DNA from: Bugula neritina | Taxonomy: Eukaryota > Animalia > Bryozoa | Length of the DNA: 64,000 bases | NCBI GenBank assembly: GCA_964035545.1 | Contig: OZ037772.1 | Location: 4,964,233-5,028,232, forward strand | Direction of reading: 5' to 3' | Shown: piece after piece, positions 1 to 13,689 of the stretch | Layout of the letters: each line of letters begins with the position of its first letter | How positions within the stretch are numbered: position 1 is the stretch's first letter | The notes under the pieces: generated by a model | Told to the model about the DNA's origin: nothing | What the model saw: only the letters and a program-made list of their open reading frames with translations | Database searches by the model: none | Translations under genes and position numbers: made by a program

Positions 1-134
1 GTTATTTGTTCAAAACCATTTGCTTTGACTGCTATCAACATGAATTGACAGCCTAATAATTATAACCCATTTGCGCGCGAAATATTTATGTAATGATAAT
101 CACTCAAATAGTGCGCGTCTTTGAAAGATGAATG

Positions 135-190
135 CGTGGTCCAGAGGTTAGAGGCGTCAGCGATAAGTTGGTTGGTCATGGTTCAACCCT
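135..190 (+). repeat. tRNA-derived (SINE-head-like) relic
   Basis: A-box-like TGGTCCAGAGG and B-box-like GGTTCAACCC at tRNA-like spacing; no convincing cloverleaf. Confidence 0.3.
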
Positions 191-2348
191 GTTTTGTTGC
201 AATTTTTTTTGTCAACTTATGCAAATCCTACCCATGTATAATAAATATGGCTATAATTGTAAAGTTTTTTTTTTAACTTTTGTTCAACAGTAAGACAACA
301 TACATGCATAATAATTAGATACTGAACACTAGACTAAACCTTAAATTGATCTTATAGAATACAATGTACTTAAAATAATCATATGTGAATTAGAGAAACT
401 GAAAGTATACACCTGCTGCGCTATAGACAGACCTTTACTGACAAGACTGCAAAGTGAAGTGATTTAGCTGAAATTAACTCTGCCAAACAAACAAAGAATT
501 ATGTTGTGCTGAGGCATTTTCAATATATTATTGTAACATAGTGAGATGATTCAGCTAAGTGCTAATGTAAAACAGGGAACATTATATTGGCAGAAATCCA
601 ATAGATTGCCAATTTGTGAGAGAGGGTACTATATGTTATTGTGATAGCGCAGAGCGGCAAACGTACTAGGAATGTTATAATTAGTCACAGGAGCGTAGCT
701 AGAACCACCATATGAAGAATTTAGAAAATTGCAGTGAAACTTGCAAAATGGTGTATGTTTTTACCAAATTGTGAAGAGCATAAACAGAATTTCAAAAAAC
801 AAAGAAAGTATATTAGAGAAAACATATCAAGGAATGTCAAGTTTAACTTTTAGACTTTATAAAATGAATCCCCTGTGCTACAGCAGTGGAACATGGAGGG
901 TGTAAAATTTTACTTATTATGCAACAACTTTCTCAGAAAATTTTTTATTGAAAAATTAAAAAAGTATATGAAAGAGGAATGCAAGAGCTATCTTTTCATG
1001 TAAAATTTGTTAACGTGAGACAAAAACTGTTCGAGCTATCCCCTGGAAACCGTTTATATATAACATAAAGCAGTGCTTGAATCTGGAAACTAATGACCTT
1101 AAACTAACTGTGGAATATAACATGTGTAACTTAAAGGCAATCCAAACACACAAAAAACTTACCTTTGTTTCTTTGTGATTGAATGAAGTTAGTCAGCCAA
1201 CAGACTAAAACAGCTAAGCTCAATCAATGCTTGATCTGTTTTCGTTTCTTGAATATTCTAACGTTTTCTTTCTGTTTCCTGCCGCTGATGATGTAATGAT
1301 GTACTGCAGCCTACCTCTTACTTAGTGCACTAACTCTAGGGAGCAAGTAGCAATTCTCAGCCAGCATCACCAGATTCAAACCTCTTCACTCAACGTCATT
1401 GATTGGCTCTATCCCAGAACTAACTCATTCTGATTGCATAGAGATTTTCTTAAAAACTTCTTCACATAGTAAAAGGTTCATGATTGGTCTACACCAACAT
1501 TGGCTCAATGTGATTGGTTGGAATTTATCTTGAGGCATGCTACATCAGTTATATACATATACTGAAGCATTTTCTTAATGCTATGCAGCTATTTCAACAC
1601 ATAGAAAAGCTTAGACTATCATGATATTAGACTACACAATTTTATGCTATAGATGTTGCATGACCTTATCAAAGAGAGATAATAAACAGTCTACAACTTT
1701 ATTAATAGCTATAAGCTCTGGGAAACTGAATGACTAAGTGTTAATTTATTGCTGGAAAATTTTAAATTTTGAAGGAATACAAAATGCTAACTTTATCGGC
1801 ATTGGCAGGGGTGTTTTTTAAACACGAAAACTAATCTACTTCATTATAGCAGCACAATGAATAATGACACTGAGAACTGCATATAGTATATATAAAAGAA
1901 TGCTTATATATAAAAAACTAATAATAACTTATTAAAGTTTGAAAAACAGTGATATCCTAGATCAGTAACACATGGCTCTATATATAGATTATTTTTGTCA
2001 AACTATATAGATTATTTTATTATATACTATATTATATTATTATATATTATTATTGTTGAACCAATTGTGTGTATTTCAAGTATAATAATGGGTACATTAC
2101 AAATATTTAATATAACTTAGCCAGAGATTTTGCTAGTCCTAAGAACGTCACCAGTTATTACAAGTTTAACATTATGTTGACATTTTCTGAATGCTTTTTG
2201 GTTGCAGCTGTAGGCTGAACACCAATTAAGTCTCTTCTTTATCAAATCATTAGAAACCAATTTTGCTTAGTAAGTTGGGGATTATAATATTAGAAAATTA
2301 TGAAAATAAAAGATAAGTGTAAAGATCACAGGCGATATAATATAATAT

Positions 2349-2652
2349 TGTGGTGGCTCGTGGAGCTACCAACAGCACAATACGCAGGGTCGCGTATTGA
2401 CCCGGAACAATATACTCAGCCAATTAGCGAGGCCGCTAGTTAGTAGCAGTAGTTAGCTTCGCGCTACTAGTCAGTGTGAATAGTGTAATAGATTAAATAG
2501 ATGTGTAGATTTCTGAATATTCTGTACCGTTTTTATTATGTATCTTATACTCAAAATATACTCTTATTAACTCGGCTTATCTTGGGGAAGTTCTCTCGCA
2601 CTAAATAGACTCTCTTGATTGCACATCAACCCAATTACTGGAAATTACAACA
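2349..2652. mobile_element. Solo LTR (304 bp)
   Basis: Begins TGTGGT and ends ACAACA (TG...CA, imperfect short terminal inverted repeat); flanked by 4-bp ATAT duplication (2345-2348, 2653-2656); GC-richer than flanks. Confidence 0.6.
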
Positions 2653-3559
2653 ATATAGTAAGTGTAAATAAATCTCAATAGCTAAATTAGGTTAGTATAT
2701 ACTAAATAGCTTATCTTTAAAAAATCTGGCAAGTATATGCTTTAAGCTAGATGTTATTTATTAGGCTGTTTTTTCTGTTTTAATAACACAGAGAAAATTA
2801 TTGAACATATATTAATTGTTTATAGAGCGCAAAATGTTTGCAAGCTACAACTGCTATAACTTAACTTTGCATAGCGACACCTTTAAGAAATTGTGAGTAA
2901 GTTTAAGAACTAAGAAATTTTAACAAAATGTTAATTTTTATATGTGCTTATTGCACGGAAATTTAAAAAAATCTTTAAAAAGACCAGATTTAAAAATTTA
3001 AATTGCAAAGACCATGTCCATAGTTTTCAAATTCAGACAACTATTTTGTAGCGCAGAGTTAGAATAATAAGTGTGGATAAAAATATATATTTATTAGTTA
3101 AATAGGATCAGTGGTTTTTCTCTCACTATATTATGTTGTCAGTGTTGCAATGCAAAATGTGATCTGGAGATCTCAGCCTCAGGAGCATCTTCTACAGAGT
3201 AGTCCAGTCACCGTTGTTAAACGCGTTAGTAACATCTAAGAATATTATGCCCAAAATATTACTTTATTCAATGTCTTTTTTGGCTGAGCTGTAGCAATGT
3301 TCCAGACTTTTTGGATGATGTCATGAAAAACTCATAAAAGCTTTGAGACTCTTCAATTAACCTTTAGGTGACCACCTTCAAAATTATATAATATTATATT
3401 GCTTGTTTGAGTTTATCATGAAATGTATTGTCAACTTTTGACATTTGCTTCATTTTAATTACTAACAAGTTACAAAAGTGTTGGGCCCTAAATGAACTAT
3501 AAGTTACGTTAATAGCAATTTTGGTGTATTTTCTATTTTAAAAATCCTTTTAAAATTTT

Positions 3560-4340
3560 AGCAGATTCTACAGTTGCATTTGTTATATTACTTTGCTCTC
3601 CTGACAGTTTTCTTATGAGGAAGAATGTTTTTTCTCTGCAGTTGCAGTTTTTGAGGAAGTTTTGTTCTTTTGCTTCTGTTTTTCTAATATCTTTTTACTG
3701 TGGGTGTTTATTGTCTGTTTGATGTTTGGCATACAACTGTAGTTACATTTTAAATTGATTTTGTTAATTATCTTATAATAAAGTAGATGTTACTTCAGAA
3801 ACTCCTCGTTCGTAATTTAAAAAAATATGTTTTGCAATTTTTGTGGCGTTGGCTGTATGGTGGATTGTACCAAACATAACTTTTCTTTTTCTGTTTTGGA
3901 ATCTTTGTTGTGCGTTATTAGTTTGCAGTTGTGAGAGAAAGTATATAGTTGGTATTTGTGGCCACTTTGGTTTAGGAGGTTCTGGTGTTGGAAGTAGATT
4001 GCTTGAAAACTGTTTCATTGGACAATATTGAAGATGGTTGTTTATTAGTGGAGGAGTGTAGATTAGAAATTATGCTTAGTGGGTGGTTGGATTTGCTATG
4101 AATAGTAAAACTGTTTGGTTTAGTTGTATGGTGTGTAAGTTTTGTTGCTTAGGTTGAGGGTGATGTCTAAGAAGTTTATAATTGTTTTACTTGCTTCGAC
4201 TGTTATTTTTAAGCAATTTGCACAGACAATTTTGCATATGAATTTTTTCTCGTTTTATGTTTCTTTTGGAGCTTTGTTGGAGATCTCTACGCCATCGTCA
4301 CTGTACAGGCCAGAGTTTTTTTTGTGTTTTGCATTATGAT
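3560..4340 (-). mobile_element. Degenerate Penelope-like retroelement fragment
   Basis: Minus-strand translation gives GLYSDDG, ITVEASKTIINFLDITLNL, NRKRKV..TKIAK and NCNC. These are collinear with the Penelope-like ORF at 38341-39771 (GLSRDDG, ITIEANKKVVNFLDVTFNL, NRNRN..TKIGK, CNC). Many stops and frameshifts. Confidence 0.75.
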
Positions 4341-4559
4341 ATTTATAATGTATGCTAGGACTGCGAAATAAACAGCCAATTTATAAAAACAAGGAATGCA
4401 CAGTGAACAGCCAAGTTGAGGGAAAACTAAATTAACGCGTACTTTAAACTTCAAAGTGAAGATTGAAGATAAGTTTATACTACTTCATCTCCGTACCATG
4501 AAGCTGTTATAAAGCATGAAGTTTAACATATACTGAGTGTATAATATAAGTGCATGTCT

Positions 4560-6420
4560 TGAGGGTATATGCCATCTGAGTGTGAATCTTGAGGATACAT
4601 TATATTCTACTATCTATGCGAGTGATACAGGGATCCAACTAATTATATGATGAGATATCAGCTCTCTATTAGTACTGCACAACTCTTTGCTATTTAATAA
4701 ACCGTAGATGGTATCTCCACGGGTGACACATGCATGTCATCTTGACCTAGGGGAATTATGACAACTTGGGTGTCACATGTGGTTAAGGAAAACCAGCTAT
4801 CTTTGTATGAATAGCAATCATGCATAGCTTGTTGAAAATATTAAAACAATTTATCAAGAGTTGTGCAATACAAGATTACAACTAATCTGCGTTCTTTGTT
4901 GTTTTGAACTGAAGAAAAGCCGGTCTTGGCCTTGTGGGACCCTCGGATCTATCTAGGCTCAGAAATCCACTACTATCTCCCTGCACAGAACTCCCAGACA
5001 TTGCGCAGCAGGAAACCCTGTAGGTACAGGCTAGAACTGCAGGCTATAGCAATGAAGGTGTTAATAAGAGTATTCATGTTATTGATTGGGGATTTCAGTG
5101 ATTGGGGGGTGTTTTGTAAGGTTGGAAACAAAGTATCATTACCAGTAATACAGCTCAACAAAGAAATTCTCCATGATTGCCTACGTTTTTTTGAGGTTTT
5201 TTGGTGTAGGTCAATTTTGGCATCTATTACTGATACTTATCTACCTTGATTAGTCCCAACACTCTGTATGCCTTTGATATTACATTTTAGATATGTTGAT
5301 TGCATTTCAAGTCTGCTGACAACAATATCCCAAGATATTTTACAATTCCAATTCTATTCAGGGGATCTTCTCCTAATTTATAAGTGAAGGTATCTTTATA
5401 TTTCCCGTTTTTACCAAAAGTGATGACATTACGTTTCCTTGACTTAAAATTCATATTGTTTTCTTTTGCCCACCTCTGCAGTCTAAAAAGATTTGCTTGT
5501 ATACTTTATGATGGTTGTTTGGATCAGTAAGGGGCAGATAGACCATAGACTGCCGTCAGCAAAAAGCCTGATAATGCTATTTGTAAAGCAGATAGCAATA
5601 TTAACAATATACAAAATGAAAAGTTTTGGACCCAACATTCTTTCTTGTGGAATTCCCCCCCCCCCCCGGAAGTCACTATAGGTGCTAAATCTAAAAATAC
5701 CCCATCACTGATCACCGGTTGTGAGCCTCCAGTCAAGAACGGTGAAACTCACGGAATAATACAGGGATATATTTTAGTAGTAGCCTATCAATTTATGTAT
5801 AAAAATGTGATGGTCAATTACATCAAAGGCTTTAGAAAAGTGTAACAAACTGCTTCTACTAAATATCCTCTATCTATATGCCTTAATATTTTGTGGCTGA
5901 CAGTAGCAAGCTGAGTAACACAAGAGAAGTGGCAGCAAAAGCCATGTTGTTTTTTACGTATCAAATCTTTCAGTTGTATATTTAAACGATACTGGACAAA
6001 ATTTGAAAGCTAAATTTTGGTTATCCTGTTTAAATACTTCTGTGAAATTTCCAGTCTTCCGGTGATCCGGCACTATTCTTGTATTGATCGAATTTTTGGA
6101 AATACCCACCAGTATTTCTGCTGTCCGATCTAAGTCTACTGTGAGATAGTTTTTCGTGAATCCATCTACTCCAGGAGCTTTACCTTGCACAAGTTGTCTC
6201 AGCAGGTTCACAACTCCTTCTTTAGTTACCACTATATTATCTTTCTCAGTTACTGATGGTAATTATTGTAGAGGTGATTGAGTGATAAATACACTGTTGA
6301 ATAAACCATTCAGAGTGCTGGATATCTTATTTTTCTCATGCACCAAGATACCAGCGTTGCTTTCTAAAGAAGTAATCTTATCATAATTCCTTTTTGGATC
6401 ATTGACTGATTTGTAAAATA
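4560..6420 (-). mobile_element. Degenerate non-LTR retrotransposon (CR1/L2-like) RT remnant
   Basis: Minus-strand fragments GKAPGVDG (cf. KAPGPDG), HGFCCHFSCVTQL (cf. HGFRxxRSCxTQL), a frameshifted AFDV and LQRWAKENNMNF occur in the order expected for LINE ORF2. Boundaries approximate. Confidence 0.6.
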
Positions 6421-7222
6421 GTTTTTAATAGCCGCTTGAAAGAGGTTGGTGTAGACAATTAGCCAATAAAAATGGTTTTAGTTTCCTAAATAAATTTTGA
6501 TTACAACGAATGATTAACAAAAGGGAAGGCGAAATAGCCTTTAGTCAGCTGCCTCAAGTTGAACAAACAGTTTGGAGCACATGAAGTTACTGAACTCAAC
6601 ACTACCATGGTGCGACCTGATCACGTGAAGCCCATTACTGGGCAACTACCAAAACATATTGACCACCTTCTGTCTTTAGTTGGACTGAGTACAGCACGAG
6701 TGAATGCTGCTAATAGATATTTATTTATAATAATCATTCATTGAAGTTGTAGCTCCCTGCATTATTGATTGCATTGTAAACATTGTCTCTACGTAGTTAT
6801 CTATGAAGTGAAGATTTCCCAAAGCCATATTTGACTTTCAAGAATATAACAAACAAACAACTTTAAAACTACTCTGTAGTAATTCTTCAGAAAAGTAGAG
6901 TTTCCTATTAGTTTTATGATTTAGTAAATAAACTTTCAGCCATTATTTAATCAGTCACAAGCATGGTTTTGATGTTTTCTATTTATATTTAAAAAACATG
7001 TTAAAGTGGGGGTAGGGGTTTAGCTTTAGCCTATCACAAAATCCATAGTGACAATTTATTAACTATGAAAAGATAAATTTTCAGAAAAGTAAGCTCACAA
7101 ACCAAAGCAACCAAATTTTTTTCTCTTTTATACTGTATATATGATGTACGCAACCAAATATGACACAATGTTCAGAAAAAAAGTCGGCTGTGTTGAAGTT
7201 GTTGTCACTTTACAACCTGAGC

Positions 7223-7523
7223 ATACACGCAACACACACATGCACGCACACGCACGCACACGCATGCATACACACAAAACACACAACACACACACGCACA
7301 TGCACACACAGGCAGAAGACACTCACGCACGCACACATGCATATGCACACACAAACACGAGCACAAACAGGCACAGGCACACACAAACAACATACATTCA
7401 CACACACAACACACACGCACACACAACACACACACGCACAAGCAAATGCGCATGCGCACGCACAACACACACGCACGTGCACACACACACGCAGATGCAC
7501 ACGCATGCTTGGAAACACACATA
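7223..7523. repeat. Degenerate (CA)n/(CACG)n microsatellite
   Basis: About 300 bp of CA-rich dinucleotide repeat; explains the HT- and CV-rich ORFs. Confidence 0.95.
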
Positions 7524-8254
7524 CAGTATAAAGAAAGTGATCTAGCTGTGTTAATACAAGGCATATGTTTCTCATATTCTGTGTGTATCATAAAAGTTGT
7601 GGAAAATGTTGAGTATTATAAAATGATAAGAACTTGAGTATTTACCAAGTAGATAGAGTCTACACAGTGACACAGGCACACAGTTTACTGAATACAGGAT
7701 ATTATAGAGTATGCAGTAGTAGGTAGGCGCGTAGCTAGGGTTGAATTCCTAAACATTATGTTATAATATAGTATATAATATATCATATTTTATGTTATGG
7801 TACAGCATTTAGGTTTGTCATACTTTTAGGTTCTTACACAAAAAAGATTGAATAAAATATGTACACAAAACTGTTTATTAAACAGAAAATAATTTTATTT
7901 AAGAAAACCACTATCTATATCTTTTATAAATTTACCAGAAGATTTAAAATAATGAGATGAATGGGCTTACATCACTACTATCTCGTATACCAGTCTATAA
8001 CCAAGTCTATAGACAAACAGACAAACTAGTTAATGTGGACGCACAGACAAAGTACTTACTGTTGACACACAGACAGACAACTTACTGTAGACACGGAGAC
8101 AGACAGTTTACTGTATCATTGATACCTAGAATATTTCATTTACCTTCTTTTGTAGATCATCTAATAATGGAGACACATAAATAGTTACAAAATAGAACAT
8201 CTTCAACTGCTACAGATAAAAATCAACATTCAATAAAGTGTAAAGAAACTAGAA

Positions 8255-8276
8255 ATGAGTCAATACCCATCTACAG
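8255..8276 (+). CDS. LRR gene, predicted first coding segment (MSQYPST+G) in exon 8156-8276
   Basis: Acceptor ccttcttttgtag before 8156 and donor CAG|GTATTC after 8276. ATG at 8255 has an in-frame upstream stop (8234-8236). The segment ends in phase 1, matching the phase-1 start of exon 8414. Confidence 0.5.
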
Positions 8277-8413
8277 GTATTCCACCATAACTATAGGTTT
8301 CTCTTTCGTTTATATTATATATTGCACATCTATGAAACGACTAAAACTATACTACCAACAAAACAGTTTGTCCAAAAATTCTTACACTGTTTACCTATAT
8401 CATATAATTTTAG

Positions 8414-8648
8414 ATACGTACAGTGTCTGGTTCAGACACTCTGGAGAAGATCTACTTGATACATCATTGGTATTGCGTCTAAACAACACAAGAAAATACA
8501 CCATAGATGATATAAAGGAAGAGGTTAAAGGTCACACAATCACCCACATGATAGTAGATGGAGCTCTACCAGATAATATTCATCTACTGGCTCCAGAGTT
8601 GATACACTTGAGTGTGAAGAATGTGAAATCTGTCTCTAACCTGTCTGA
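8414..8648 (+). CDS. LRR gene, N-terminal cap exon (DTYSVWFRH...LPDNIHLLAPELIHLSVKNVKSVSNLSD)
   Basis: Acceptor ttttag, open frame and perfect donor GA|GTAAGT in phase 2, which joins in frame to any cassette exon (GA+C = Asp, then MSNLKNL). The 3' end resembles a degenerate LRR. The following intron (9690-10350, 21030-21422) is homologous to inter-cassette introns. Confidence 0.75.
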
Positions 8649-11600
8649 GTAAGTATCAGGTTACTATTGAATATATATATATATAAGAATATTTCTAGTG
8701 GAGGTGATAACAAGCCCCAACGAGCTACCAATAGCCACTAAAAAACTAAGCTCCTAATAAAATTAACACGTAAGCTGAGTCTATATATAATAAAGTAATG
8801 TTTTTTGCCACATTTATATGATACTTTGTGTACAACTTTGTAATATATCAATCATCTGGGTCTGCTTTGGTGTGCCAGGCTTACATCTGGTCCGGGGTTT
8901 ATAAACTATATGAGAAATAGTAAATAATACAGCATATATAATTTTAGAGTCTAGACTCTTTATGTAGAATGTAGAATAACTCAATTTTAGACCAATTGTT
9001 GAGCTATCTTACAAAATTATTTTCAACTATTAGGTTACATAGCTTGATTATGCTATTCTAAAATATTTCTAAATATAAGCAGTTACAATATAGAGAATGC
9101 ATAAAATTTAACACAGTCATCTTTTCTGTTTTTATATTATTTATACTGTGCTGCAAACTTAATTCAAGTGTAATATATTTGTTTACCTTCATGTCTGAGA
9201 CTGTCAGAATACACCTAATTCATTATCAAACAACAAGTAGTTAATGCTGATCACTTATGCAGAAATAAGACATATTTAGGTTTGTGTGTTTGAAACAGTA
9301 GTTACTGCAATAATCTATCAAAGATAAGCTAGCAGCTAATATATGCAAGTTAAAACATGGTTCGGCTTAAAATAATGTTGACTCAACTGATAAAATGCAA
9401 AATTTTGGGTATGTAATACAAGAAAAATAATTGAGACTTTCAACCTTTTACTTGGAGGGGTTGTAAAAACTCTGTTAGTCAGAAAAATAGAAAGTTCCAG
9501 ATTTTTGAGATTATTCACTTATACCAGAACTTACCACTCTAATTCGAATGTAGAAGCAAAAAGTAACAAATAGCAATATATCATATGTGAGACTCCGCCC
9601 ACCTGTCAATTATAAATCAGAAGCTGTCTAAATGCACTGGAGTTGAAAATTAAAATAAATTAATAGTTAAACTGTGTATGAATATAAATAACATATGCTG
9701 GCTGGTTGTATAACAGTGTGAACAAACGCTGCGCAGGTGTCTAATATAACATGTTTACTTGAACATGTTTGATGTAAATTTTTGTTAAACTGTTAGATGA
9801 ACATTATTAAGTTTTTATTTTCTTTGCTTCAAGACAGTTATCAAATTATCATCACAACTCTTGATACCAATAATTTCATAAATTGTACCATAGAAAGCTG
9901 TATAGTATACCTATACTGTAATAGTTTTATGCTGCATGTGGAATGCAGAGTTGTAACATTACTGGGAGTTCATATTAAGTTGATGATACACATAAAACAT
10001 ACAATTACTCTTTGTAAAAATGAGAATGAGAAGATGAGTTTCCTAGTTAGATAATCTTAATTATAAATCTGCCTATTATAAAGTCTGTGCCTGTGCCCTC
10101 ACATCAGAACAATAACGAATACGATAATTATAATAGCAAATGTAATTAGAGAGTATTGTTACTGTGTATACAGCTCTGGTCGAACTCATCCTTCTGACCC
10201 TTTTTTGGACTGTAATATATTAGTGGAATGACTAGTCCTGAGTTTTGTTATAGGAAGCACGTTACATAAAATATAGATTATAACATAACATAATTTACTG
10301 AACAGTGAAAACATGCATGAGGGTCTGTCTAACAGGTCCACTGCCTACATATTGTAATAATTGTTATAAGTAGAAGCTCTCTGGTACGGAGTGCCAAATG
10401 GTCAAAAATTCGTTTATTATTACATTTCATATGCTTATAATAAAGTATCTAACCATATTCTCTCTCATATGCTCACAAAACGCTCTCATTGGTCTATAAT
10501 TTGCTCTTATACCTTTATTATTCATTATTCATTCCCATACCCATATTTCTCCTCCTTTTATGCTCATTATTCAGTCCCATACCTCCATTATGCACTCTCA
10601 TACCCTTATTATTTGCTCTGTTATAGACATTATTCACTCTCTTATGTTTATTATTCTTTCTCATACCCCTATTACTGTCTTGCTTTTACATCTGATTCTG
10701 ACTCACTAGTATTTGTGTACACGACACACTACTAAGCTCCATCCCATTTATCAAATCTGATTGGATAACTGCAATGACACCAAGAGTAATAATAAATGCT
10801 GGGTTTGTGTCTAGGTTTAGTTAGCCATTCTTCATTCATAAGTATCAGTCTAGGAGTGCACAACTTATACCAGCTAGATTCTCATCTAGATATTAACTTT
10901 TAAGCTAATAAATCACCGCTGGAAAATTTACGGATCGGTTGGGCTTGCGAGTTCCTATAATAACTATTCAAACAGAATAGTGTTCGCTTTAAACTTTTAG
11001 TTTGAGATAGAATTGCTCAAATTTTTATAAGTGGTTTACAGATAATTGTAGGTAAAAAATTTTATTAAATAAATACCTGACAAGCTAAATATTTGCTTTT
11101 TAATTCAATACCAAAATACTAAAATTTGCAGTTGGTTATTTTCACTAACTTCAAATGCAACAACCCATTATTAAGTTATGAGCTGCCAGTCGATTTTATC
11201 AGGTTCATAAGCGTAACTGCCTGCCTAGATTGACAAGAAGTTTTATACAAGTGTATTTTTTAGTGTAGTTAATTTTCCACCACACAGGGTAGTTAAGGGC
11301 ATCCTCACTAAGAATATCATAAATTTCTCTTAAAATGTAGTTTAGTTTCTTGAATAATATGGCTCTGTGGGTGGCATGCGAGTTGCCTACTTGCAATTGT
11401 TTAGCCTAAGATTGAACTACAACCAATAAGCAGCAACCTTCATTAGGGCTGCGTTATCTATCAACATTCTATTATGGGTGCTATATAAACAAAGTACAAA
11501 GCGAGCTATTCATTATAGCCTGCCAGCTAGCAAGCCTGTAATTAGTATGTACGCGCCAATATCTTCTCATCTCTACGTGCTCATTGAAGCGTGAAGTACT

Positions 11601-11827
11601 GCTCGCTGCTAGTTTTCTACTACAAAATATAGCATTTTCAGTGTATAAATCACCAATTTATTGGCAATCTAGAAGAGTTATTGGAAAAAGAAAAAAATTT
11701 GCACTAGAGAAATATCTCAGAATTCCAGCAGTGCAATTTTTATTCAGATGTCATGCTTTCCTGCTGAGATATTTTACTGGCACTGAAAAGTCAGCTTTTC
11801 AGGCGAAATTGGCCAAAATTGAGCAGC

Positions 11828-12232
11828 TGTAGTGAATTTTGCCAGTTCACTATTATTATGTGTGGGTCAACTTAAACAAAGCCACTGCACCAGGTTGTTT
11901 CCGCTAAGATAACTTTATTATTTACACAAATACAAGTTATTTACTGCCAGCATGAATAGAAAACGATTACATAATTAGTGAGCTTTAATACACAACTACT
12001 CTAAATGAAGTCCCAAGCTGCTCTGCCGGCTAGCTACTCAAAGCACTGCAACTACGAGTAGCTAGCTCCACCTGCTATCAATTAGTGTGACTGTCCTGAT
12101 TGGTGGTTACTAGTGGTGCCACTGCTGTCCATAGCTACAATCCGACAGGGTCGAACTCACAATATAATAAACAATATAGAGTGAACCTTTTCGATTAATA
12201 CAATAATAATTGCACCACTAAAATCCATCACA
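11828..12232 (-). repeat. Gypsy-1 3' LTR
   Basis: Direct repeat of 18123-18531; starts TGTAGTGAA, ends CCATCACA. Confidence 0.95.
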
Positions 12233-13689
12233 CTCGCCACACCTATCGAAAAGTACACTCTACGATTGATGCTTGTATGACAACATAATCTCAAAAAAAT
12301 TAAAGGAAATTAAAGTAAAATAAAATAAAAGATCAAAACAACACAGGAATGAGAGAACACAAAATATGTATTCCAAATGATGTCCATATTGTAACACGAT
12401 CGATCCGGGTCCGTCACAGGGTAGGGGGTCTCTCACCAAATAATGTAGGGTAGCATGAACTTAGTGAGAAGGAGAGGTACTGCTTCACACTCATCTAGTC
12501 GAAGCCAAGCGATGGGGGTCGAGGAGTCCCCAGAAGAATCAAGCGTGGCAAAAGAATCTCTCCAAAGAGGGAGAGAAGGAAAAGGGGGTTGGAGAGTACG
12601 AAGGAATCTCCCCAAAGGGGGGAGATGGAGGGGGGTTGACTGGTCTCTTCAATACCAACGTCTACCTCGCCGCCGTCGAATTCCCAAAAGGAGGAAAGGA
12701 AAGGCTTCTTCATCTTAACTTTTATTTTTACTTTTTACTTCATGCAGGAATCTTTAATATTACTTCTTCTTCTTATTATTATTTTATACGGTTTTATTAT
12801 TAGGATGTAGCCACAGGAGAGAAAAGAGAGGAGCTACTCTATCTATACCGGAACGTGATCACCAGGAGAGGAGAGGGAGGACTACTGTGTCAGTTGTCTC
12901 TGGCACTTCTTTTATGACGATCATCAGCACTGCTGTCATGTCGCTACAAGAATCTAGTCAAGCAGTCAGCATCTAGTCGAAAGTTGAGATGAATGATGTG
13001 ACTGCGCTATGCCAAAAGAAGGAATTTGGCCCCGCCATTCCAGTCTCACCTGCAGCAGAATGCCAGCAACTGTTGAAGGGGTTTGCACCTGTCAGTACGA
13101 CACCTCGACTGAGTCTCGCAATCACTAACCACTGATTAATAATTAAATCATGTAGTCGACCGCCCCACTCAAGTCGTCAGTGAATCACCTGACTTGGGAA
13201 ATCAACTTTATCGTTATGATAAAGCGAGACTGATTTAGGCTACCAGCTTGAATTCTATTTAAGTAATAGAATTATACTAGTAGACTTACCATAAGACAGC
13301 TCTGACTTTAGTCTGCTGCCCACTTAGGCTACGTAGTGCGCCAGCCTGCCAAGTACGTGTGTGCACGTTGGCAGTTGAATCAGAAAAGAACGCTTTTCGC
13401 AGTGAAAGTGATTGTATAATACCCCTTTCACTAGCGAGCTGACTTCGCTCTTTTCTTACCCCCGGTGGTGTTTTGTATTACACCACTGGGGTAGGCAACT
13501 CACAATTGCGTCTCCTTATATCTTGGAAATGCAACTCTCAATTGCTCGTCCCCCCAGATTTCTTTTATGATAGCTGATGGATTTTTTTCCACTGCATCAC
13601 ACAAGAAATCTTTTAAATAAGATGGAGGCGCCCTAGTGCGTTGCCTACGCTCCAACTGCACTGGGAATTTGCTACGACTGGTGACTCTT

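Noticed and set aside
7128-7637. His/Thr- and Cys/Val-rich ORFs
   Set aside because: Translations of a CA microsatellite.
10391-10735. Tyr-rich ORF and its counterparts at 20372-20754
   Set aside because: Produced by short sub-repeats in the inverted arms; frames are not conserved between arms.
11584-11832. ORF similar to 22953-23246 as a duplicated gene
   Set aside because: Internal sequence of the non-autonomous CAC-TIR element; copies differ by frame-breaking indels and no domain is recognisable.
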